Positions 48,599 through 58,526 are shown, counted from the first letter of the stretch. The stretch is 60,664 nucleotides of DNA from a bacterium (GCA_021810605.1 JAJZIL010000004.1:1-60664), one strand, 5' to 3'. Notes: generated by a model not told the origin, from the letters alone. Translations and numbers: made by a program.

Positions 48599-49204
48599 TC
48601 AAATATCTTTATTTAGTATTCCTTTGATAAATGTATTTCTATGTATTTTACAAGGGCCATATTTTTTTAAAGCTTCTATATGTATTTTAGTCCCATAACC
48701 TTTATTATTTTCAAAGTCATATTGTGGATATTTCTTTGAAAGTTCAATCATTAATTTATCTCTTTGAATCTTTGCTATTATAGAAGCTGCAGCTATAGAG
48801 TAATGAATACTATCACCCTTTATTTCAGTTCTGTAGTTATTTATATTAAATTTATCTTTAAATAATCCATCAATTAAGGTCATATCAGATTTAAACTTAA
48901 GAGATGCTTTTTCCATTGCATTTTTTATTGCAATTACGATTCCTAGTCTATCTATTTCCTCTTCATCTATACTTTCAGTTGAATATTGATCTTTATTTTC
49001 AGTGAGGAGATTATAGATATAATTTCTTTTTTTTTCTGATAATTTTTTTGAATCATTTACATCTTTAATTATTTTTGTATCTTTATTTATTTGGTATATT
49101 CCAACAAATAGAGGTCCAGCTAATGGACCTCTACCAACTTCATCAATTCCAGATACTGAATATCCTTTATTTATTAGACTTTTTTCTAGAGGGGATAGTT
49201 TCAT
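48599..49204 (-). CDS. rnhB: ribonuclease HII
   Basis: 201 aa. GIDEVGRGPLAGPL (DEDD catalytic start), DSKKLS, and ASIIAK. Confidence 0.9.
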   Translation of the reverse strand: MKLSPLEKSLINKGYSVSGIDEVGRGPLAGPLFVGIYQINKDTKIIKDVNDSKKLSEKKRNYIYNLLTENKDQYSTESIDEEEIDRLGIVIAIKNAMEKASLKFKSDMTLIDGLFKDKFNINNYRTEIKGDSIHYSIAAASIIAKIQRDKLMIELSKKYPQYDFENNKGYGTKIHIEALKKYGPCKIHRNTFIKGILNKDI

Positions 49205-49550
49205 GTTTTTCTTTAATAAGCATAGCTCTTTTTCCGATTCTCTTTCTCATGTAATTTATTTGAGCTCTTCTTACTTTTCCTCTTTTTACTATTTCAATTT
49301 TTGAAATATTAGGAGAATGTAGAGGAAATATTCTCTCTACTCCAACATCTTTTGATATTTTTCTTACTATTATATTTTCATGTGTACCACTATGTTTTCT
49401 AGCAAGTACAATTCCTTGATATATTTGTATTCTTTCTTTTTCTCCTTCAACTATCTTACTATGTACCTTTATAGTATCCCCCACTTTGACATCTTTTCTT
49501 TCATCAATTATATATTTTTCTTCTATTTTATTTAATATTATTGTGTTCAT
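49167..49550 (-). CDS. rplS: 50S ribosomal protein L19
   Basis: 127 aa. MNTIILNKIEE..., GDTIKVHSKIVEG.KERIQIYQGIVLA, and RRAQINYMRKRIGK. Confidence 0.93.
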   Translation of the reverse strand: MNTIILNKIEEKYIIDERKDVKVGDTIKVHSKIVEGEKERIQIYQGIVLARKHSGTHENIIVRKISKDVGVERIFPLHSPNISKIEIVKRGKVRRAQINYMRKRIGKRAMLIKEKHETIPSRKKSNK

Positions 49551-49812
49551 TTGGTATTATATCTATAGCAAATTTATCTCTTTTTTGTTTTGTCATTCTT
49601 CTAAATTTTACAGTACCTTCTATTTTAGAGAATATCGTAAAATCTCTACCTAGATCAGTATTTAAACCTGGATAGAATTGAGTTCCTTTTTGTCTAACTA
49701 TTATTTCTCCTGCTTTAACAGATTCATTAGCAAACCTTTTAACACCTCTTCTTTTTCCAGCAACGTTTCCTCCTTGCCTAGCTTTTCCTCCTCCTGTTTT
49801 GACGTGTGCCAT
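49528..49812 (-). CDS. rpmA: 50S ribosomal protein L27
   Basis: 94 aa. MAHVKTGGGKARQGGNVAGKRRGVKRF..E.V.AGEIIVRQKGT. There is no N-terminal pro-peptide extension. Confidence 0.93.
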   Translation of the reverse strand: MAHVKTGGGKARQGGNVAGKRRGVKRFANESVKAGEIIVRQKGTQFYPGLNTDLGRDFTIFSKIEGTVKFRRMTKQKRDKFAIDIIPNEHNNIK

Positions 49813-49815
49813 AAT

Positions 49816-50811
49816 TTAAAATTTTTCAAAAATAAATATTTCCCTTCTCACTATAGCTTTTTCTCTATAATAAAGAAAGCTCTCTACTTTACCTAATTTT
49901 TTGTCATTAAATATGAGATCTTCAGGAATTATTGTTATCTTTCTTAAGTTTCCGAATTCCATTTCTCTAGCTTTAAGATATATTATATCATGTTTTGTCT
50001 TAAAACTAGGTATCATTATAACTAATCTTTCATTTTTTTTCAAAATTTTTGATGTACTTCTGATACTACTGATTATTAATTTATCTACATTAGCTATTAT
50101 TTTCTTGTTTCTAACGTTTTTTTGAACAGGTTTAGTCCATGATTTTCCTAAAAATGGTTCAGTAGATATAGCAATATTTTCTTTCATTCTTACTAATTGT
50201 TCTGCTAGAGAAGATGCATTATTTATAAATACCTCACTTCTATTCTCTATTCCATATTCTTTAGATACCCATTTAAGATTTTCTTTACATCCTGTAACTA
50301 CATCAGGGTTAATATCTGTTCCAATAACTTTATATCCTTGTAATAGTGCTTCTATTAAAATTGATCCAGTTCCACAATATGGATCATATATTGTAGTAGT
50401 ATTTTTTCCTATTGCTAGATTTACCATTATTTTAGCAAGTTTAGATGGAACCATTCCATTTTTACCTTCTACATAAGGTTTTTCAATTTCCTTTTTCTCA
50501 AAATCTTTGATATCTTGTTTTGCTACAATCATTCCATAAGCAAATGTTAAATCATCAATATTTACTTTGAATTGAGGTTTCACTCTTTTTGCATCAGTAT
50601 AACTTATAATCTCATCTACTCTAAATATTTCTATGACACCACCGAGTATTTTAATAAGTATATCAGGGTATATTGGTTTTTTTAATTTTATAAAAAAAAT
50701 ATTATTATTTGCTTTTATAGTATTAAATTCAATATCCTTACTCTGCATTAAAGAGTATATTTCTGCTATTGAAAGCAAGGGATTTTTTCCTAATTTGAAA
50801 ATAAGTTGCAT
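49816..50811 (-). CDS. SAM-dependent methyltransferase, UPF0020/Trm11/RlmL-like, with N-terminal accessory domain
   Basis: 331 aa. Motif I IYDPYCGTGSILIEA, motif II VIGTDIN. Motif IV position reads STEPFLG instead of (D/N)PPY/F. TAATG overlap with rplU, and only 3 nt before rpmA. Confidence 0.7.
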   Translation of the reverse strand: MQLIFKLGKNPLLSIAEIYSLMQSKDIEFNTIKANNNIFFIKLKKPIYPDILIKILGGVIEIFRVDEIISYTDAKRVKPQFKVNIDDLTFAYGMIVAKQDIKDFEKKEIEKPYVEGKNGMVPSKLAKIMVNLAIGKNTTTIYDPYCGTGSILIEALLQGYKVIGTDINPDVVTGCKENLKWVSKEYGIENRSEVFINNASSLAEQLVRMKENIAISTEPFLGKSWTKPVQKNVRNKKIIANVDKLIISSIRSTSKILKKNERLVIMIPSFKTKHDIIYLKAREMEFGNLRKITIIPEDLIFNDKKLGKVESFLYYREKAIVRREIFIFEKF

Positions 50812-51125
50812 TAAAATTGTTCTATTTTTACTTTCAAGTAATTTTGTCTATGGCCTATTCTTTTTCTATATCTTGATTTAGCCTTAAACTTGAGTATATT
50901 AATCTTATCTCCTTTTATTTGATCTATTACAGTTGCAGAAACTTTAGCATTTTTTAAGAAAGGTTTGCCTATTTCAACTTTATCACCTTTTCTTGTAAGT
51001 AATACTTCATCAAATTCAATCTTATCTGATTCCTTTAATCCTTTAATAATTTCTATTTCAATAACATCGTTTTTGCTTACGACATACTGTTTTCCTCCTG
51101 TTTGTATTACTGCTAAATCTTCCAT
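50811..51125 (-). CDS. rplU: 50S ribosomal protein L21
   Basis: 104 aa. AVIQTGGKQYVVSKNDVIEIE ... KFKAKSRYRKRIGHRQ. Confidence 0.93.
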   Translation of the reverse strand: MEDLAVIQTGGKQYVVSKNDVIEIEIIKGLKESDKIEFDEVLLTRKGDKVEIGKPFLKNAKVSATVIDQIKGDKINILKFKAKSRYRKRIGHRQNYLKVKIEQF

Positions 51126-51150
51126 AATTTTTAATATTTTACAAATAGCT

Positions 51151-51180
51151 ATTATATACTAATAGCAATATATATTGCAA
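51151..51180 (-). promoter_or_regulatory. candidate promoter of the rplU operon, with an overlapping 14-nt palindrome
   Basis: The minus strand reads TTGCAA (51180-51175), an 18-nt spacer, then TATAAT (51156-51151), the same TTGCAA-N16-TATATAAT layout as the atp candidate. The perfect palindrome GCAATATATATTGC (51165-51178) overlaps the -35. Confidence 0.35.
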
Positions 51181-51228
51181 ATTTAGTATTTATTTGATAT
51201 GTATATTTTAGTATTGATATAAATTATA

Positions 51229-52146
51229 TCATAATATCTTGTACTTTTCTTCTAGGAATTCTATTATTTTTTCACCAATATCAATATTTAAATATGATGA
51301 AAATCCTTCAAATCCAGGGGCTCTATTTACTTCTAGTACAAAAGTCCCTTTATTAGTTATAGCTATATCAACTCCCACAAAATCTGATCCATCTGCTATT
51401 GCAGCTCTTCTAGCTAAATTTTCTAAATCATTAGATAGTAAAAATTTTTTACCTATTGCTCCTTGGGATATATTCCCTTTGAAGTTATTTTCTGTATGAA
51501 TTTTATCCATTGCTCCTAGTACTACACCTCCAAGTACCAAAACCCTTAAATCATGTAATATTTTAAGATATGGTTGTATTAAATATGAAATACTTTTTTC
51601 CTTTTTTAATAATAATTCTAATTCATTTTGATTATTAATTTTGAATAGATTTTTCCCTTGTAATCCTTTATTAGATTTTAGTATCAATGGATAGTTAAAA
51701 TTATTTTTTTCTATAAATTGTATACTACTTTTTATATCAGATGATTCTACATATATAGTAGGTATAAGTGGTATATCAAACTTGTTTAATCTATAGAAAT
51801 CATAGATCTTACTTCTGGATGAAAATCTCATTGCCTCTGCAAAATTTAATACAAATTTATTATGAGAAATTAAATATTGTGCGATAGTAAATTTATCAGA
51901 TTGCATTTTAAATTCATCTTTAATATATGTTAGTCTTAATATATACGTATCAAAATCGAGTAAATTTATATCAGTATCAGTTTTTATAGTAAGCTTATTA
52001 TTATTGAATAAAAATATTAGATCTTTTGGATCTATGATATATAATTGATGTCCATTTTTTTTACTTGCATCTCTTAGTGCAGAGACATCAAAAAAATTAT
52101 TGATATCAGAACCTTTATTTGATCTTATTATTAAACAAACCTTCAT
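51229..52146 (-). CDS. RimK-type ATP-grasp ligase, paralog 1
   Basis: 305 aa, RimK-like size and layout. YPLILKSNKGLQGKNLF, HDLRVLVLGG, and DFVGVDIAI...VLEVNRAPGF (ATP-grasp Mg/ATP site pattern). Confidence 0.75.
   Translation of the reverse strand: MKVCLIIRSNKGSDINNFFDVSALRDASKKNGHQLYIIDPKDLIFLFNNNKLTIKTDTDINLLDFDTYILRLTYIKDEFKMQSDKFTIAQYLISHNKFVLNFAEAMRFSSRSKIYDFYRLNKFDIPLIPTIYVESSDIKSSIQFIEKNNFNYPLILKSNKGLQGKNLFKINNQNELELLLKKEKSISYLIQPYLKILHDLRVLVLGGVVLGAMDKIHTENNFKGNISQGAIGKKFLLSNDLENLARRAAIADGSDFVGVDIAITNKGTFVLEVNRAPGFEGFSSYLNIDIGEKIIEFLEEKYKIL
51476..51521. repeat. 46-nt tract identical to 52387-52432 (inside ATP-grasp paralog 1)
   Basis: cctttgaagttattttctgtatgaattttatccattgctcctagta occurs verbatim in both paralogs. 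It encodes LGAMDKIHTENNFKG. Confidence 0.9.
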
Positions 52147-53042
52147 AATAAATATAGATATTCTAAATATTTTATAATTTCTTCCCCTACATTTATCTTC
52201 ATATACTTATTAAATCCTCTAAATTGAGGAGCTCTATTTACTTCTAGGAGATATTCTTTTCCTTGACTAATTCCTATATCTATTCCTACAAAATCAGCTT
52301 TATTTAAAAAATATGATTTATATACAATATCTTTAATCTTGTCAGTTAATATAAATTTTTCTCCTACTGCACCTTGAGATATATTTCCTTTGAAGTTATT
52401 TTCTGTATGAATTTTATCCATTGCTCCTAGTATTCTTCCTCCTAAAACAAGAATTCTAAGGTCATGTTCTAATTCAAGATATGGTTGTAACATGAAGTGA
52501 ACGGATTTATTTTTTTCTATAATAGATTTGATATCATTTAGAGTATCAGTTTTAAATATATTTTTTCCCTGAGCTCCTTTTATATCTTTTAATATATATG
52601 GAGGTTTGAATTGCATTTCGGATATTTGTTTATCAAGTAAATCTAGATTATCTAATTTATATGAATATATTGTAGGTATAAGTGGAATATTATAACCTAG
52701 ATATTTTGAGAATGAATATATTTTTCCACTACCAGCTATTCTATCTGCTTCAATTCCATCTAATAAAATTTTGTTATGGTTTTTCAGATATTTTAAAATT
52801 AGACTTTTTGAATCTTTCTTTTTATTTTTTCCTATAGTTATTCCAAAGTATCTAGGAATATATGCATCATAATAAAGGAGATCTTCTCCTTTATTTGTAT
52901 ATATTCTAAATTCTTTATTAATTAATGTGAATATTAAATTCTTGGGATCTATTATATCTGCTGTATGTCCTCTTTTTTCAGCTTCAGATTTGATAGATAA
53001 AACTTCTAGAGTACTGGATCTTGATAGTATTGATATTTTCAT
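52143..53042 (-). CDS. RimK-type ATP-grasp ligase, paralog 2
   Basis: 299 aa. PYILKDIKGAQGKNIF, HDLRILVLGG, and DFVGIDIGI...LLEVNRAPQF. ATGA overlap with paralog 1. Confidence 0.75.
   Translation of the reverse strand: MKISILSRSSTLEVLSIKSEAEKRGHTADIIDPKNLIFTLINKEFRIYTNKGEDLLYYDAYIPRYFGITIGKNKKKDSKSLILKYLKNHNKILLDGIEADRIAGSGKIYSFSKYLGYNIPLIPTIYSYKLDNLDLLDKQISEMQFKPPYILKDIKGAQGKNIFKTDTLNDIKSIIEKNKSVHFMLQPYLELEHDLRILVLGGRILGAMDKIHTENNFKGNISQGAVGEKFILTDKIKDIVYKSYFLNKADFVGIDIGISQGKEYLLEVNRAPQFRGFNKYMKINVGEEIIKYLEYLYLL
52387..52432. repeat. 46-nt tract identical to 51476-51521 (inside ATP-grasp paralog 2)
   Basis: Same 46-mer read directly from the sequence. The flanking nucleotides differ on both sides. 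Confidence 0.9.
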
Positions 53043-53245
53043 TTGTTGATATTATATCTCAATTTTATTTATATAGAAATACTAAAATATTCAAGAACAA
53101 TTCTTCTTATTTTGATTTCTGATGTTTTTAATTTTATCAAAGCTATTATGTAGAGTCAAATATTCTATAAGTACTTAATTTATTAGGATAAGCAATTATA
53201 TTTTCATAGTAATGTATTATATATGAGACTATAGTTATTAATTAG

Positions 53246-53677
53246 TTAGAGATTATTTTTCATTCCAGTAGGAGTATTTTTTATATATTTATTATATGTA
53301 GATATATGTAGAGAATGTAATTTAATTTTAGATTGAATTCTTTTTATACTATCTTTTTCTTTCATAAGTTTTAATTTAGCTTCTAGAGCTTCTTTCTCTT
53401 TTGTTACTTTATTTATATCAATATCATGTATAGATAGCCCAGATATTACTTCTATAGTAATAATATTATTTTCTATTCTTAATAATCCCTCAGATATAGC
53501 TAGAACTGTAGTTTTATTATTAGTATCTGTAAAACTAATTTCTCCTAAAGAAAGAGCTAGAAACATAGGTGAATGATCATCAAATATTCCATAGTCTCCT
53601 TCATTAGTAGGTACGTAGATCTCTTTTACTTTTCCTATAAATATTTCTTTTTGAGGTGAGTATATTCTAAGTTCCAT
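53246..53677 (-). CDS. atpC: F1 ATP synthase epsilon subunit
   Basis: 143 aa. Last gene of the atp operon. N-terminal beta-sandwich pattern (L.I.SP....F.G.V..I.VP...G..GI...H.P) and a C-terminal helical hairpin. Confidence 0.85.
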   Translation of the reverse strand: MELRIYSPQKEIFIGKVKEIYVPTNEGDYGIFDDHSPMFLALSLGEISFTDTNNKTTVLAISEGLLRIENNIITIEVISGLSIHDIDINKVTKEKEALEAKLKLMKEKDSIKRIQSKIKLHSLHISTYNKYIKNTPTGMKNNL

Positions 53678-53679
53678 AT

Positions 53680-55062
<1,383 letters not shown>

Positions 55063-55069
55063 TTATATA

Positions 55070-55930
55070 TTAAATATTTGCAGCAGAAGAAATTTCGATA
55101 ACTTCTTGAGTAATGCTACTTTGTCTGATTTTATTAGATTCAAAAGTTAAATATTTATTGAGTTCTTGAGCATTATCTGATGAATTTCTCATTGTGATCA
55201 TTCTTATAGCATTTTCTGATGTTGAAGCTTCTATTATACATGATTGTATCTTTGATGGTATATATATCTCTAATGCATTTTCGTATAATTGATCAAAATT
55301 AGTTTCAATATCATATATTGAAGGAGAATTTGGATCTTTATCTTTTATATAATATAAAGAGTCAAAATCTTCTTTTTTTGTCTCTATAGGATATATTTTT
55401 TCAGCTATAATCTGATTAGAAATTACATTTATAAATTTTGTATATACTATAAAAACTTCATCTATTTTTTTATTTTTTAATTCAGTTAATACTATATCAG
55501 AAATAGCATAAATATCATCTATGTTATTTGAATTTAGTGATAATTGTGCGAGAACATCTATTTGAAGAGAGAATATGAAGCTTAAAGATTTCTTCTCTAC
55601 ACCTATGATAGAAAACTTCTTATTTTTATTACTGTTGATAAGCTCTTTTACTTTTTTTTCGAGATTAATTACTAATGGTCCTACAAAACCTTTTGTAGGA
55701 GTGATGACTATAATAAGAGCATTTTTTGTATCAATAGTATTAAGATCTTCTTTGTAGGTGACAATTTTTTTTATTGTATCTTCTAGATTTTCTATGTATT
55801 TCTTATTTATATTTAAAAGTGCTTGGTCATGTTGTAGTTTTACAGCTGATACCATCTCCATAGCCTTTGTAATCTGCCTTATATTCTTAGTTGATTTTAT
55901 TCTTCTTCTTATTTCAATTAATTTAGACAT
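55070..55930 (-). CDS. atpG: F1 ATP synthase gamma subunit
   Basis: 286 aa. N-terminal IRRRIKSTKNIRQITKAMEMVSAVKL, and C-terminal ITQEVIEISSAA. Confidence 0.9.
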   Translation of the reverse strand: MSKLIEIRRRIKSTKNIRQITKAMEMVSAVKLQHDQALLNINKKYIENLEDTIKKIVTYKEDLNTIDTKNALIIVITPTKGFVGPLVINLEKKVKELINSNKNKKFSIIGVEKKSLSFIFSLQIDVLAQLSLNSNNIDDIYAISDIVLTELKNKKIDEVFIVYTKFINVISNQIIAEKIYPIETKKEDFDSLYYIKDKDPNSPSIYDIETNFDQLYENALEIYIPSKIQSCIIEASTSENAIRMITMRNSSDNAQELNKYLTFESNKIRQSSITQEVIEISSAANI

Positions 55931-57434
55931 AATTTTTAGAAAATTCAGATATTATTTCTTTTAATTTATTTATCATATCGTCTGTAAGATCCTTTTTTTC
56001 TCTTATCTCTTTTAATACATCTTTGTGCATAGTTGTAAAATGTTCATGTAATTTTTCTTCAAAATCAGATATTTTAGAGATTTCAATATCTTTTGTAAAA
56101 TCATTAGTAACTGCAAATACTGATATAATTTGAAGTTCCAATGCTAAAGGAGAGTAAGGTTTTTGTGTAAGTATTCTGGTGAGTCTTTCTCCTTTTGATA
56201 ATATTTTTTGAGTACTTTCATCTAAATCTGATCCAAATTGTGAAAATGCAGCTAAGTTTCTAAATTGTGCAATTTCTAATTTTAATGATCCAGCAACTTT
56301 TTTCATAGATTTTTCTTGAGCATTACTACCTACTCTAGATACAGATGCTCCTACATTTATTGCAGGTCTTATTCCAGAGTAAAATAAATCAGATTCTAGA
56401 AATATTTGTCCATCAGTTATAGATATAAGATTTGTTGGAATATATGAAGATATATCTCCAGTCTGAGTTTCTATTATAGGTAGTGCAGATAATGATCCAC
56501 CACCTAGGGAATCATTTAAGTGTGCTGCTCTTTCCAACAGTCTAGAATGTAGATAAAATACATCTCCAGGATAAGCTTCTCTTCCACTAGGTCTTTTTAA
56601 GGTTAAAGATAATTGTCTATATGCCCAAGCATGTTTTGTTAGGTCATCATAAATTACAAGTGCATCCATTCCGTTATCTCTAAAATATTCTCCAATTGTC
56701 GATGCTGTATATGGAGCTAGGTATTGTTCTGTTACAGGTGAGCTAGCAGATGCATTTACTACTATAGTATAATCCATAGCTCCTTTTTCTTTTAATTTTG
56801 AAACTATTTGAGATACTTTAGAATTTTTTTGTCCTATTGCACAATAAATACAAAAAACATTTTTTCCTTTTTGATTGATTATTGTATCAATAGCAATTGT
56901 AGTTTTTCCAGTAGAACGGTCTCCAATTATGAGTTCTCTTTGTCCTCTTCCAATTGGTATTAGTATATCAATTGCTTTTATTCCAGTTTGAAGAGGAGTT
57001 TTTACTCCTTTTCTTGTTATCACTCCAGGAGCAACTTTTTCAATTTCAGATATTTTATCTGTATCTATTTCTCCTTGCTCGTCAATAGGGTTACCTATTC
57101 CATTTAAAACTCTTCCTAGAAGAGCTTCTCCTATTTTAGTAGAAAAAATTTCTCCTGTAGTAGAGACTATGTCTCCTTCTTGTACTTTGTCAAAATCACC
57201 TAATATTATTATTGAAGTTTCATCTTCTTTAAGGTCGATAGCCATAGCAGTAATATTTTCTCCAGATTTTGTTTTTATATTTACTCTTTCTCCATTAGCT
57301 ACATTCGTAAGACCAATTACTATAGCTACTCCATCATAAACAGATTGAATTTCTCCAATGTCTTCTTTTTCAAATCTTGAGTCAATACTGTCAATTTCTT
57401 TTTTTATTTGTTTTAATATATCAGAACTATCCAT
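55923..57434 (-). CDS. atpA: F1 ATP synthase alpha subunit
   Basis: 503 aa. Walker A GDRSTGKTT, REAYPGDVFYLHSRLLERA. Confidence 0.97.
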   Translation of the reverse strand: MDSSDILKQIKKEIDSIDSRFEKEDIGEIQSVYDGVAIVIGLTNVANGERVNIKTKSGENITAMAIDLKEDETSIIILGDFDKVQEGDIVSTTGEIFSTKIGEALLGRVLNGIGNPIDEQGEIDTDKISEIEKVAPGVITRKGVKTPLQTGIKAIDILIPIGRGQRELIIGDRSTGKTTIAIDTIINQKGKNVFCIYCAIGQKNSKVSQIVSKLKEKGAMDYTIVVNASASSPVTEQYLAPYTASTIGEYFRDNGMDALVIYDDLTKHAWAYRQLSLTLKRPSGREAYPGDVFYLHSRLLERAAHLNDSLGGGSLSALPIIETQTGDISSYIPTNLISITDGQIFLESDLFYSGIRPAINVGASVSRVGSNAQEKSMKKVAGSLKLEIAQFRNLAAFSQFGSDLDESTQKILSKGERLTRILTQKPYSPLALELQIISVFAVTNDFTKDIEISKISDFEEKLHEHFTTMHKDVLKEIREKKDLTDDMINKLKEIISEFSKNYV

Positions 57435-57443
57435 ACAATAAAT

Positions 57444-57797
57444 TTATTTTAAACTAATAGCTTTTATTTTATCTAATCTTGATTTTATAGAGATATCATT
57501 GATACTCCATTCCTTTTTTATTCTTACTCCTCCTATAAGTTTGGAATTTCTTATAAACTTATAGATATAAGGATTATCAAGATTTTTAAGTATACTTTCT
57601 TTGTTTATAGAATCAGAATAGTATTCTATAATTACTTCATCTTTTTTTATTTTATTTATAAGGCTTAAGTAGAGTAAATCTAATTGTTTAGAAGATAGAA
57701 TTTTGCTTTTTATAATACTTTTAAGAAGGTTTATATTAATATTACCTTTATTCTCTATCTTATTTATTATTATATTTACAATTTTTTTATCTTTCAT
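57444..57797 (-). CDS. atpH: F1 ATP synthase delta (OSCP) subunit, short form
   Basis: 117 aa. Sits between atpF and atpA. The C-terminal LIGGVRIKKEWSINDISIKSRLDKIK matches the delta C-terminal motif (liGG..i..g....D.S....L). The N-terminal region is much shorter than usual. Confidence 0.7.
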   Translation of the reverse strand: MKDKKIVNIIINKIENKGNININLLKSIIKSKILSSKQLDLLYLSLINKIKKDEVIIEYYSDSINKESILKNLDNPYIYKFIRNSKLIGGVRIKKEWSINDISIKSRLDKIKAISLK

Positions 57798-58290
57798 TTT
57801 TTATAAATTTTATACTTTTTTCTATTATTCTTTCTTTATCTTTTTCATCTAGAAGTTCTTCTAATGATTTAGATATTCCAGATATAGTAAGTTCTACTAA
57901 TTCTTTTTTAAGTGCAATATACATTTGATCATGAAATTTTTGAGTTTCCTCTTCTGCTTCTCTAATGATTCTATCAGATTCCTGCTTACTATTTTCAAGA
58001 ATTTCTAGCCTTATATTTTCTGCACTCTGTCGAGCTTCATTAATAATTCTCTCACTTTCTTTTTGAGTTTCAACCATTTTTTCTCTATATTCTTTTTCTA
58101 TCTCTTCTTTTTTTTCTTCAATAAATTTACTATTATCTAAAGATTCTTTAATCTTCTTTTCTCTATCTTCTAGTACAGTATTTATTTTTTTAAATAAATA
58201 TTTTTGAAGAATAAATAGTATTATAAAAAAATCTATAGTATAGAAAATTATATATGAGATATTTATTCTAAATAGTTGTAAAAAATTCAT
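57787..58290 (-). CDS. atpF: Fo ATP synthase b subunit
   Basis: 167 aa. One N-terminal TM, then a long charged helix. Sits between atpE and atpH. Confidence 0.85.
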   Translation of the reverse strand: MNFLQLFRINISYIIFYTIDFFIILFILQKYLFKKINTVLEDREKKIKESLDNSKFIEEKKEEIEKEYREKMVETQKESERIINEARQSAENIRLEILENSKQESDRIIREAEEETQKFHDQMYIALKKELVELTISGISKSLEELLDEKDKERIIEKSIKFIKNER

Positions 58291-58307
58291 AATTTAATTT
58301 ATATAAT

Positions 58308-58526
<219 letters not shown>

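Noticed and set aside
53043-53245. The largest intergenic gap (203 nt), as a possible home for a small RNA or a precursor-peptide ORF for the ATP-grasp pair.
   Set aside because: Reading the minus strand I found only a 3-codon ORF (ATG AAA ATA TAA). There is no GC-rich structured segment and no repeats. It is probably just promoter and spacer DNA.
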